NCBI GenBank assembly: GCA_000995065.1
Contig: LBWX01000001.1
Span: 223,563 to 287,562 of the forward strand
Source: a candidate division CPR2 bacterium GW2011_GWC2_39_35
GTDB taxonomy: Bacteria > Patescibacteriota > CPR2
Reading direction: 5' to 3'
Length of the DNA stretch: 64,000 nt
Positions within the stretch are counted from its first letter, which is position 1; every line of letters begins with the position of its first letter. The translations under genes and the position numbers were made by a program. Below, one piece after another: positions 26,503-35,524 of this stretch. The notes under the pieces are model-generated. The model was not told the DNA's origin, made no database searches, and saw only the letters and a program-made list of their open reading frames with translations.

Positions 26503-28515
26503 TTAATTATATAATGGCAAGGTAAAAGTAAAATTCGAACCCTTGCCTTTTTCGCTTTCGGCCCAGACTTTTCCTCCCTGCGTTTCAACCAGACTCTTAG
26601 TGATATAGAGTCCCAAACCCGAACCGCCGGCCTTAACACTAAGCTCATTTTGAATTCTACTAAACTTTTTGAATAATTTATCCATATCAAATTCCGAAAT
26701 TCCGACTCCCTGATCCTTTATACTTACCTCCGCCATCCCCTCATCATTTATTTTTACATCAACTCTTACTTTCGATCCGGCTTGACTATACTTAATAGCG
26801 TTACCAATAAGATTATATAGGATTTGTTTAAGCCGGTCAGCATCCGCCGAAACATTAGAAAAATTCTGAGGAATGTAAACTCTCACCCTAATATTTTTTG
26901 AGAGACTCTTTATGGTAAGTTCATCTATAACTTCCTGAAGCACTCTATTTAAAGAAATAGGTTTAATAGTTACAGATACCTTTTCAGTCTCGATCCTATT
27001 AATAACTAAAAGATCTTCGACAAGCAAAACCATTCTTTCTGTACTTTGGTAAACTCGATTTAAAAAATGAAGCTGTTTTGCTTCCAAGTCTCCAACATCA
27101 CCCTTAATAATCATCGAGAGAAACCCTTTAATGGCCGTTAATGGAGTACGAAGCTCATGAGAAACAATCGAGGTAAAATCTTTTTTCAGTTGATCGACTT
27201 CTTTTAGCTTCGTAATATCTCTTACGGTTATTATAATAAGCGACTCGCGCTCTATTTCTTTTTTAAGAACAGATAACGACACCTGTCCCCAAAACTCGCT
27301 ATTGTCTTTTCTTTTAAGAACAATTTCTATAGTCTCACTCTGATAATTTTTCTTCTCAATTTTTTGTAAGGCTTCGGAAATTGGACAATTTTTACAAATA
27401 CCCTTACTATCAACTTCAAGCCCGACATAACAATGAAAATCTTTTCCAAGCATTTCTTCTTCTTTATAGCCTACCATCTTTTCTAGGGCCGGGTTAGCAG
27501 CCAGTATTTTCCTGGTAGTTTTATTCACCACCAACACCCCATCACCGGTATGGTCAAAAACCGCTTGCCACTTTTCTTTTTCGAGCAATGCCTCTTTTTT
27601 CTGATTTTCAATATCAGTTACGTCTCTAAAATTGCTGGTGACACCAATAATTTTATTGCCGCGTTTAATTGGCGACAATCTAGTCTGTAGCGTTCTTGTT
27701 TCTTTAGAAAGCTTAAGACTAGAAAAATACTCTTGAGTTTTGCCGGTCTCAACCACTTTCGAAAAAACTTCATTCGGGTCTCTTTGTGAATCAACGCGTT
27801 GATTAAAATGTGCGCTTTGATTACTTAAGTAGTCTTTTCTAATTAATCCCCTGATATCCTTTTTCATTCCTAATATCCGCTCTGCCGCTTTATTATAATC
27901 AATTACCTTCCCTCCTATATCAAATAAAATCAGCCCGTCCTCGATAGCATCTTGAACCGTCTCCAGCTTTAATTTCTCGGACCTTATTTTTCGAATTAGT
28001 TTTTGGTTATTAATTGCAAAAGCTATTTGAGAAGCAAGGAGGGATAAGATATAAATTTGTTTGGCATTAAAAAGATTTTTGCCGTCACCGTAAATAGTTA
28101 GAACACCAACTAATTCGTCATTAATAATCATTGGCGCCGAAGCCATCGAAACAACATTTTCTTTTTCCAATTCTTTTTTCATTGATAGCGGCATGTCCTC
28201 TAATTCATGAATGTTGCTAGCCATCATTACCTTCTTATTGGAGATTGCTTTCAAAATAGGGCTGCTCTTAATCGAATTAAATGGCAACTCATGCAAACTA
28301 TCTTTAGAAAAACCGCTTACCGCCATCTTCTGTGAAATCCCGCTTTCAAAAAAAATAACACTGCTTTTTTTGACTCCCGTAAGCTTAGTTATTTTGTCTA
28401 CCGAAAGCCTTAAAATTTCATCAACGCTATAACCAAAAACATTAATCTTAGTACTCTCTTGAATTAAAAGATCTACTTCTTCTCTGGTTAGATCGGGGGT
28501 TTTAGTTCTTGTCAT
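26503..28515 (-). CDS. Cytoplasmic GAF-PAS-PAS sensor histidine kinase
   Basis: SHELRTPL, NLIGNAIKYS, DQGVG and GSGLGL motifs; no TM segment. Confidence 0.93.
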   Translation of the reverse strand: MTRTKTPDLTREEVDLLIQESTKINVFGYSVDEILRLSVDKITKLTGVKKSSVIFFESGISQKMAVSGFSKDSLHELPFNSIKSSPILKAISNKKVMMASNIHELEDMPLSMKKELEKENVVSMASAPMIINDELVGVLTIYGDGKNLFNAKQIYILSLLASQIAFAINNQKLIRKIRSEKLKLETVQDAIEDGLILFDIGGKVIDYNKAAERILGMKKDIRGLIRKDYLSNQSAHFNQRVDSQRDPNEVFSKVVETGKTQEYFSSLKLSKETRTLQTRLSPIKRGNKIIGVTSNFRDVTDIENQKKEALLEKEKWQAVFDHTGDGVLVVNKTTRKILAANPALEKMVGYKEEEMLGKDFHCYVGLEVDSKGICKNCPISEALQKIEKKNYQSETIEIVLKRKDNSEFWGQVSLSVLKKEIERESLIIITVRDITKLKEVDQLKKDFTSIVSHELRTPLTAIKGFLSMIIKGDVGDLEAKQLHFLNRVYQSTERMVLLVEDLLVINRIETEKVSVTIKPISLNRVLQEVIDELTIKSLSKNIRVRVYIPQNFSNVSADADRLKQILYNLIGNAIKYSQAGSKVRVDVKINDEGMAEVSIKDQGVGISEFDMDKLFKKFSRIQNELSVKAGGSGLGLYITKSLVETQGGKVWAESEKGKGSNFTFTLPLYN

Positions 28516-28628
28516 GTCCCTAAACTACTCTAACTAGCCCAAAAATTCAATCATAAGCAAGATAACAGAAATGAATATTGGACAATAATTAGACTTCCGG
28601 CTTAATTATAAAGCTAGCCAAACAATCC

Positions 28629-28680
28629 ATTTTTTAATTTTTATTTGTAATTTTGAGTTTTGACTTTTGAGTTTTGAATT
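28629..28680. repeat. TTTTGA(G/C/A) heptamer-like tandem repeat
   Basis: ttttaat ttttatt tgtaat tttgagt tttgact tttgagt tttgaat. Confidence 0.6.
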
Positions 28681-28756
28681 GGTTAGATAGTAAGTAATGC
28701 TTTATGAATATTAAAAAGATCATTAATAGATTTTTAAACAGAGGGTAAAATAAAAT

Positions 28757-29422
28757 ATGTTCCCGCTTCGTGACAATATTCCATCTCGAAAACTTCCGTT
28801 TGTAACCATAGGAATAATCTTAATAAATATAGCCGTATTTGTTTATGAACTTTCTCTGGGTAATTTGGGATTAGAAGAATTTGTTCTTTTGTACGGATTA
28901 GTACCAGGCAACGTTGATTTTAATAACACGGAGACGCTTTACCCTTTTATTTCAAGCGCCTTCTTGCATGGCGGCTGGCTTCATATTATTTCCAATATGT
29001 GGTTTTTATGGGTATTTGGAGACAATGTCGAAGATTATTTTGGACATTTTAGTTTTCTTTTTTTCTACATCCTGTCCGGCATTGCGGCTGCTATTGCCCA
29101 ATACATAATCGATCCTACATCAACAATTCCGATGATTGGAGCATCCGGCGCAGTAGCCGGAGTTCTTGGAAGTTATCTGTTACTGTTTCCGCGTTCCAAA
29201 GTCCTTACCTTGGTATTTATCTTTATATTTATTACCGCAATAGAAATTCCCGCCCCTATCATGCTGGGTCTTTGGTTCGCGCTCCAGGTTTTAAGCGGAA
29301 TTGCATCACTCGACACCGGCCTAGTTGTAGGAGGTCTCATTGCCTATTGGGCACACATTGCCGGCTTTATTTACGGCCTAGTTATAGCAGCGATAAGTAA
29401 ATTTTCAAACCCTAAAGTTTAA
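28757..29422 (+). CDS. Rhomboid intramembrane serine protease
   Basis: FLHGGWLHIISNM, GASG and AYWAHIAGF motifs. Confidence 0.95.
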   Translation: MFPLRDNIPSRKLPFVTIGIILINIAVFVYELSLGNLGLEEFVLLYGLVPGNVDFNNTETLYPFISSAFLHGGWLHIISNMWFLWVFGDNVEDYFGHFSFLFFYILSGIAAAIAQYIIDPTSTIPMIGASGAVAGVLGSYLLLFPRSKVLTLVFIFIFITAIEIPAPIMLGLWFALQVLSGIASLDTGLVVGGLIAYWAHIAGFIYGLVIAAISKFSNPKV

Positions 29423-29491
29423 CCTCTCATACACAAGTTTTTTATAGAAATAACTAGTTTTAATGAACCTCAGGCTCGCTATACTTTTTTT

Positions 29492-29863
29492 ATGACAATA
29501 AGAAAAAAAGCAAAAAATTTAAATGAAAAAGAAAAGGAAATTTTAAAAAAAGACCGAGAAAATGATTGGGAGCTATACCGGACATCAGGAGGCCAAGAGA
29601 TTCTTGAAGACTTAGAAAATCCCGAAGTAGACATCAATCTATATGCTGACGATCTCGATGCCGGCTGGAAATACGATGTAGAAACTGGTGAAGAAACGAT
29701 ATCAGGCACCGTACTTACTCCGGATAAAGACCAAATAGACGAAATTGGAAAAGGCATTGGCCTGACATACGACGTCGACGAAGAGCTAGATGCAGATAAA
29801 AAAATTAAATGGAAAGAGGCTCAGAGGTGGGAACCCCCAGAGCCGGAAAAGGAGGACAGATAG
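29492..29863 (+). CDS. Acidic protein, DUF6335-like
   Basis: DLDAGW…GEETISGT..TPDKDQIDEIGKGIGLTY pattern, recalled rather than searched. Confidence 0.65.
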   Translation: MTIRKKAKNLNEKEKEILKKDRENDWELYRTSGGQEILEDLENPEVDINLYADDLDAGWKYDVETGEETISGTVLTPDKDQIDEIGKGIGLTYDVDEELDADKKIKWKEAQRWEPPEPEKEDR

Positions 29864-30981
29864 TGTTTCTAACAGGAGCTTTTAAAATTGCTAGAATCTT
29901 TGGAATTGATATTGAGATTGATTACTCCTGGCTTATAATATTTTCTCTTGTTACCTGGACCCTCTCAACCGGTTTTTATCCGATAAATTTCCCGGAGCTT
30001 TCTCTTAATACAAACATTATTCTAGGCACCGTTACTTCCATTGTTTTTTTTGCCTCCGTTATTTTTCATGAATTAGCCCATTCCTTAGTCGCAAAAATAA
30101 ACGGCCTAGAAATTCATAAAATTACGTTGTTTTTGTTCGGTGGTGCCTCGCAAATTGCCGAGGAGCCTCAAACTGCTAAAGTAGAGTTTAAAATGGCGGC
30201 TGCCGGCCCTTTATCAAGCCTTTTTCTAGCTGTTTTATTCTGGGTTGTCTCTTCTTCTTTTGCTAATTTATTACCGATTTATCGCCTTCCCCTATTATTT
30301 CTTGCCGAGATAAACTTAATTCTTGCCATATTTAATTTAGTGCCTGGATTTCCAATGGATGGCGGCCGGATACTTAGATCTATTATTTGGCATATTACAA
30401 AAGATTTCTACAAAAGCACTCGGATTGCCGCAGCCGGAGGCAAAATAGTCGCCTTTGGCCTCATCGCCTGGGGAGCTTCCAGAATTATTTTGGTTGGCGA
30501 CATTTCCGGAACTTGGATGATTCTTATTGGCTTTTTCTTAAATCAAGCGGCCTCCTCCTCTCTCCAACAACTTAAAATAAAACAAGTCCTTCAAAAAATT
30601 GAAGTCAAAGAATTGATGGAAAATCCGATCTCTATTCCCTCTGGATCCCCAATTTCAGAAGGAATAAGAGATTATGTCACAAAGTTTAAAACTGACAATT
30701 TTCCCGTAACTAAGAATAATCAAGTAATTGGTATCGTTGACTTAAATGATGCCAAGTCTGTTCCCGAAGATAAATGGGATGAAACTACTATCGATAAAAT
30801 AATGAAGCCCATCGATAGCTCTTATGTGGTAAGCGAAGAAGATAAGGCATTAAAAGCACTTTCTATAATGGATGCCAAGCATATAAGTAAAGTACCGGTC
30901 ATAAATAAGTTAAATAAATTTGTCGGACTTATAACCGATCAGGGATTAGATTATTATTTGACTCTCGAGCTTAAACCATAA
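29863..30981 (+). CDS. Site-2 protease (M50) with CBS domains
   Basis: HELAH, AGP and FNLVPGFPMDGG motifs with a C-terminal CBS pair. GTG start after AGGAGG. Confidence 0.93.
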   Translation: MFLTGAFKIARIFGIDIEIDYSWLIIFSLVTWTLSTGFYPINFPELSLNTNIILGTVTSIVFFASVIFHELAHSLVAKINGLEIHKITLFLFGGASQIAEEPQTAKVEFKMAAAGPLSSLFLAVLFWVVSSSFANLLPIYRLPLLFLAEINLILAIFNLVPGFPMDGGRILRSIIWHITKDFYKSTRIAAAGGKIVAFGLIAWGASRIILVGDISGTWMILIGFFLNQAASSSLQQLKIKQVLQKIEVKELMENPISIPSGSPISEGIRDYVTKFKTDNFPVTKNNQVIGIVDLNDAKSVPEDKWDETTIDKIMKPIDSSYVVSEEDKALKALSIMDAKHISKVPVINKLNKFVGLITDQGLDYYLTLELKP

Positions 30982-31024
30982 GAATTCACTTGAATTATTT
31001 TTCCCAACTACCTATAATTTAGCT

Positions 31025-31426
31025 ATGATCAAAGTGTTAATTATAGAAGACGATACAGCTCTTGCCAAACTTTATGAAACCAAATTTACAAAGGAAGGTT
31101 TTACGGTTTTTATTGCAAATGACGGTCCATCCGGCGTAAGACTTTCAAAAGAAAATGCACCCGATATTATACTCTTAGATGTCATGCTTCCCCTAATGAA
31201 CGGCTTCCAGGTCCTAAAAAAAATCAGAAAGAATAAAGACACTAAAAAAATTCCCGTCATTATCTTAACGAATTATGGCGAAATGGATAACGTTACTGAG
31301 GGTTTTTTACAAGGCGCAACCGAGTTTATGGTAAAGGTAGAACACACACCTGAGGAAGTAGTAGATACTGTCACCCAGATTCTAGAAACAAATGGCAGTA
31401 TTGTAGGCGAAGCTTTTAAATCCTAA
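31025..31426 (+). CDS. Single-domain response regulator
   Basis: IIEDD, DIILLDVMLP and LTN motifs. Confidence 0.92.
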   Translation: MIKVLIIEDDTALAKLYETKFTKEGFTVFIANDGPSGVRLSKENAPDIILLDVMLPLMNGFQVLKKIRKNKDTKKIPVIILTNYGEMDNVTEGFLQGATEFMVKVEHTPEEVVDTVTQILETNGSIVGEAFKS

Positions 31427-31430
31427 GATA

Positions 31431-31625
31431 TTACTCTTTTTCCTCCGCCATGCCACACTGCCCTTCTTCCATCTGCTCTCCTTCCTCGATGATCCCTTTA
31501 ACCGTTTGACCGCCAACATGGCCTGCTTCTTCGGTGGTCCATTCCTCATGAGGCTTCTTTTCTAGCCCTTCCTTTATTTCAATGTCTTCAGCAATTCTTT
31601 TGGAAACATTTTTTTCTTTTTGCAT
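31431..31625 (-). CDS. Small acid-soluble spore protein (alpha/beta SASP)-like
   Basis: WTTEEAGHVGGQTVKGII resembles the SASP helix-2 consensus (TSRENGSVGGEMVKRMI); strong GAGGAG RBS. Confidence 0.6.
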   Translation of the reverse strand: MQKEKNVSKRIAEDIEIKEGLEKKPHEEWTTEEAGHVGGQTVKGIIEEGEQMEEGQCGMAEEKE

Positions 31626-31716
31626 ATAAACACTCCTCTCTCTTAGTAACTTTACTTTAATTAAAACTTTTAGAGGGTAATTTTAAAACCTCAAATCTTA
31701 CAAAATTTCCAAAATC

Positions 31717-32319
31717 TTACCTTGTAAATTCGTCAATCCACCGAATTTCATCTCTTAGAGTTGTCTGATCTCCGTGACCCGGATAAATCACTGTTTGAGG
31801 CAAGAGTTTTAAAAGACTTTTTAAAGAAATAATCATTTCTCTATGATCAGAAAAAGGCAAATCAGTTCTACCGCAGGTTCCCTTAAATAATGTATCTCCC
31901 GAAAAAAGATTGTCGCCAAATAAAAAACATACCGACCCTTTAGTATGCCCGGGCGTTTTAATTACTTTTCCGCTAAAACCATCAATCTTAACAGTATCTG
32001 TAAGATCATAATCCGGTTTTGGCGGTTCGGGAATAGAAATACCAAGAACTTCCCCATGCTCTTTCGCCACCCGATATTCATCGAGAGCCTCATTCTGAAG
32101 ATAAATCGGCACCTTAAGCTTTGCTTTTAAATCCTGCAGGGCTCCAATATGGTCAAAATGGCCGTGAGTTAAAAGAATAGCTTTGGGAAATACTCCGTTA
32201 AGCGTTGCGATTATCCTCTCGGCCTCATCTCCCGGATCAATAATTAAAGCAGCGTTTTCTTTTATAAGTAAATAACAGTTTGTCCTCAAGGGACCAACTT
32301 TAAGGGTTTTGATCTGCAT
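31717..32319 (-). CDS. MBL-fold hydrolase (glyoxalase II-like)
   Basis: THGHFDH, TPGHT, SGDTLF and YPGHG motifs. Confidence 0.92.
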   Translation of the reverse strand: MQIKTLKVGPLRTNCYLLIKENAALIIDPGDEAERIIATLNGVFPKAILLTHGHFDHIGALQDLKAKLKVPIYLQNEALDEYRVAKEHGEVLGISIPEPPKPDYDLTDTVKIDGFSGKVIKTPGHTKGSVCFLFGDNLFSGDTLFKGTCGRTDLPFSDHREMIISLKSLLKLLPQTVIYPGHGDQTTLRDEIRWIDEFTR

Positions 32320-32328
32320 GAGATTATT

Positions 32329-32517
32329 TTAACAATTTAATTCCTCTTCCTCAACATCTTCCACCTGTGCCGTGTATGTTTCGCATTCCGCTATTTTAGA
32401 AGCGCCGGTATGAATATGAACATAAATATGTTTGGCAACACAATGAGGATTTGTACCATCTCTGTTATTATATTCACAATCTGTAGCCGAACAGCCTATA
32501 TCGACTCTCTCCTCCAT
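32329..32517 (-). CDS. Small cysteine-rich protein (DUF1540-like)
   Basis: CSATDCEYN…CVAKHIYV…ECETY pattern; RBS AAGGGAGG-like. Confidence 0.65.
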   Translation of the reverse strand: MEERVDIGCSATDCEYNNRDGTNPHCVAKHIYVHIHTGASKIAECETYTAQVEDVEEEELNC

Positions 32518-32597
32518 CAATTTTTCACCCCCTCCCTTTTTAATAAAAATAAAAGAAGCGCCGATAGAAATCAACAGCGCCATAAAAAAATTTCTTC

Positions 32598-32978
32598 TTA
32601 TTTTGCAAAAAATATTGAGTAAATAGCAAAACCAATACCAGGAAGTCCGACCACAAGAAAAAATAGCCAAAAGCTTTTTTTAGTAAAAAAAGCGAGAATA
32701 TGCCCGATAGAAACAATGATTCCCAATATTATTATTCCCAAAAAAGAAAAATACACTTTGCTTGAGAGGTTTTTCGCAAAGTTATTTAAGGCCCATAAGA
32801 AGCCGGAAGACATAAAAACCGGTAATAAATAATTAACAACCATACTAATAAGGCTTCTGGTCTCAACGTCTTTTGTGTTTATTTCGCTCGAAAACTCATT
32901 GGTTTCTACGAGTTCGCCGCTTTTTCCAAACATCTGAAGGTCTTTTTTAGTTTGCGGATCTAAATCGAATTCTCCCAT
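32598..32978 (-). CDS. Hypothetical membrane protein
   Basis: Three TM segments. Confidence 0.7.
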   Translation of the reverse strand: MGEFDLDPQTKKDLQMFGKSGELVETNEFSSEINTKDVETRSLISMVVNYLLPVFMSSGFLWALNNFAKNLSSKVYFSFLGIIILGIIVSIGHILAFFTKKSFWLFFLVVGLPGIGFAIYSIFFAK

Positions 32979-33039
32979 AGCCCAATTTTAGCATACATTA
33001 ACCCTTGCAACAAAAAATTTCAAACGCCTATGTAAAAAC

Positions 33040-33513
33040 CTATTTTAGATCTTCTAACGATAATTCTTCAATCTTATCCTTAAGCCATTTGCGCGTCTTG
33101 TCAGCTTTTTCCTTAGCCTCTTTCACCAAAGTGAACCTCTCGTCCTCTTCCTCCTCCGACAATTCCTTTAAAATAGACCAATTACGATAATTTAAGGCCT
33201 CTAGCAAATAGGCTTCATATATTACTCTTAGAGCCTCATTATTACTAAAGACCCCGGCCTCAATAACCGCTTCAAAAGCTTCATTGAGATCATAAGAAAT
33301 ACTCTCTACGTTATCAATCAACTCTCCTCCTAAAGCCTCCAGCATCCCGCTTAATGTAGCCAGTAGCTCTTTTGAGGTATTTGCAAAACTTACAAATTTA
33401 TTTAAAATCTCTTCATTTGGCGCTAGCTCGCCATGAATTTGATAATTATTTAGAACAGCAGTTTCGACAACAATCATCTCATTTATCTTTGAGATCACTT
33501 TCGATTCATTCAT
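33040..33513 (-). CDS. Ferritin-like four-helix protein
   Basis: Acidic helical protein with E..A...Y and LEALGG patterns. Confidence 0.6.
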   Translation of the reverse strand: MNESKVISKINEMIVVETAVLNNYQIHGELAPNEEILNKFVSFANTSKELLATLSGMLEALGGELIDNVESISYDLNEAFEAVIEAGVFSNNEALRVIYEAYLLEALNYRNWSILKELSEEEEDERFTLVKEAKEKADKTRKWLKDKIEELSLEDLK

Positions 33514-33623
33514 ACGGCTTTACTCCCTAATATCTAAATAAATTATCATTTCCTAGAAAAAATTAAATCAGCCAAAATCACAACCTGGCTTCGTAATCAT
33601 TAAATGAGAAATTATTATAGAAT

Positions 33624-34808
33624 TTAAGTTAAAGCCTTGAGCTTTTCTTTCTTTAAGTACATAGCTTTGGCAAAAGAAGCTTCGTAACCATCCGCATTAT
33701 GTTTTATCGAAAAAATCTTTTCTACCCTGTCTCTAGGCAACTCCGACGCAATCCGCTTTGCTCTTGGATAATATTTAGCAACCCGATCGATATATTTAAC
33801 CTGCGATTCGGTAACTTCGAGATCATTTTCATCAAGCCTCAGATCATCAACTGGCACCAAAACTCCGGAACCATTTACTACTTCGGTTAAAGCACCGAGA
33901 GAAGGCGCCATCACAGGCGTTCCGCAAGCCATAGACTCAATCGCCACCAGCCCAAATGGCTCGGCCCACAAATTTGTCATCAAAGTAGCCTCTGCATTCT
34001 GAAAAAGCTGCACTTTTTCTTCAAATGACACCAGACCCAAGACTTCATCCTTTGGCCCCAAATTATCCTTTATAAATTTATCAAAATAATCTTTTTCGTG
34101 CTTTTCGGCAATTTTTCCGGCCATTTTGATTGGCATATCCAGTTTATGAGCTACTTCCAAGGCAATATGAGCGCCTTTTTCCATGCAAAACCGTCCTAGC
34201 CACAAAAGATAATCCCCTGTTTTGTTTGGATCAATTGAATAGAGACCGGTATCCAAGGCATTATAAACTGTTCCTAAATGCTGGCCTTTTTCAATATAAG
34301 GAGTAAAACGTTTTGCCTCGTCATGGCTGATGCTTACGCAAAAATGTCCATTATCAGTTAACGTCTCAACCAATCCCACAAGATGATCTTTCGGCGGATA
34401 ATGAAGGGTCTGGATAACCGGAATATCACCGGTATCAATAAGCTCAACCGGATCCAACACAATATCTGCTTTAAACAAGAAACGTGAGTGATTTTGCCGC
34501 ATTACCTGAGCATGAACCGCTAACGTATGATCCCAAATGACATCCGGGTTTTCGGCAATTGCCATCTTATAAGCTAAGGCATTAGCCTGTTTTTCTGTTT
34601 CAAAAGAGACGCTTTGACCAATTGCTCCCTCTGCTGTTGGAACTAGCTTAGCCGAAGTTTGAGAATCACCTGAGGCAAAAAGATAAACATCATGACCCCT
34701 TTTGACTAACTCTTCCGTAGCCAGAGAAACTACCAACTCAATACCGCCATACTTTTGGTTTTTACCCAAAATCGGTATTACTGTCGGAGCGATTACGCAA
34801 ATTTTCAT
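33624..34808 (-). CDS. Glycosyltransferase family 4
   Basis: YGGIE, GRFCMEKG and EPFGLVAIESMACGTPV motifs. Confidence 0.92.
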   Translation of the reverse strand: MKICVIAPTVIPILGKNQKYGGIELVVSLATEELVKRGHDVYLFASGDSQTSAKLVPTAEGAIGQSVSFETEKQANALAYKMAIAENPDVIWDHTLAVHAQVMRQNHSRFLFKADIVLDPVELIDTGDIPVIQTLHYPPKDHLVGLVETLTDNGHFCVSISHDEAKRFTPYIEKGQHLGTVYNALDTGLYSIDPNKTGDYLLWLGRFCMEKGAHIALEVAHKLDMPIKMAGKIAEKHEKDYFDKFIKDNLGPKDEVLGLVSFEEKVQLFQNAEATLMTNLWAEPFGLVAIESMACGTPVMAPSLGALTEVVNGSGVLVPVDDLRLDENDLEVTESQVKYIDRVAKYYPRAKRIASELPRDRVEKIFSIKHNADGYEASFAKAMYLKKEKLKALT

Positions 34809-34901
34809 AAGTCCTCTTTATTAGTGGACTAATTATAGCTCTTAAGTTATTTTTTTGCAAAGGGAAAAAATGGGCCCCTACCTAATTTATAATAATAAAT
34901 G

Positions 34902-34930
34902 TTGACACTAGAACAATCGTTCTATAATAT
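34902..34930 (+). promoter_or_regulatory. Promoter with LexA-type operator GAAC-N4-GTTC between -35 and -10
   Basis: TTGACA c TAGAAC AATC GTTCTA taatat; operator core at 34911-34922. Confidence 0.85.
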
Positions 34931-34936
34931 TAACTT

Positions 34937-35515
34937 ATGCAAGAGATATATGAGCAAAGGAAAAGACTCCTCAATAAATTTTATGATGAAAATAAGCGCC
35001 TGCCTAGCTATTCAGAAATGCTTAGCTTATTCTCTTTAAAGTCCAAAAATACTATTGCCTACTTAATCCAAAAACTGATAGATGACGGATTTCTTGAGAA
35101 GGACCAAAAAGGGCGACTTATTCCTAAAAAACTATTTTCCGGCATTAAGCTATTGGGAACGGTAGAAGCCGGCTTCCCTACCCCCGCCGAAGAAGAGCTG
35201 GCTGATACCATTACTTTGGACCAATATTTAATAACCAAAAGAGAAGCCACTTTTCTTTTAAAAGTTTCCGGCGAGTCTATGACTGGCGCCGGAATTTGCC
35301 CGGGCGACTTGGTTTTAATAGAAAGAGGCCGGACTCCAAAACATGGCGACGTGGTGGTAGCTGAGGTTGATGATGAATGGACAATAAAAACTTTTGAGAA
35401 ATTGGGCGGACATATTATTTTAGTCCCCGCAAACCCCAAATTCAAAACCATTGTCCCCAAAGAAAGCCTAAATATCGCCGGAGTAGTCGTAGCAGTGGTA
35501 AGAAAATACCATTAG
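34937..35515 (+). CDS. LexA/UmuD-like S24 autopeptidase repressor
   Basis: N-terminal winged helix (LPSYSEM), AG cleavage site in VEAGFPTPA, and GESM plus catalytic Lys (TIK). Confidence 0.92.
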   Translation: MQEIYEQRKRLLNKFYDENKRLPSYSEMLSLFSLKSKNTIAYLIQKLIDDGFLEKDQKGRLIPKKLFSGIKLLGTVEAGFPTPAEEELADTITLDQYLITKREATFLLKVSGESMTGAGICPGDLVLIERGRTPKHGDVVVAEVDDEWTIKTFEKLGGHIILVPANPKFKTIVPKESLNIAGVVVAVVRKYH

Positions 35516-35524
35516 AAGTTAAAA

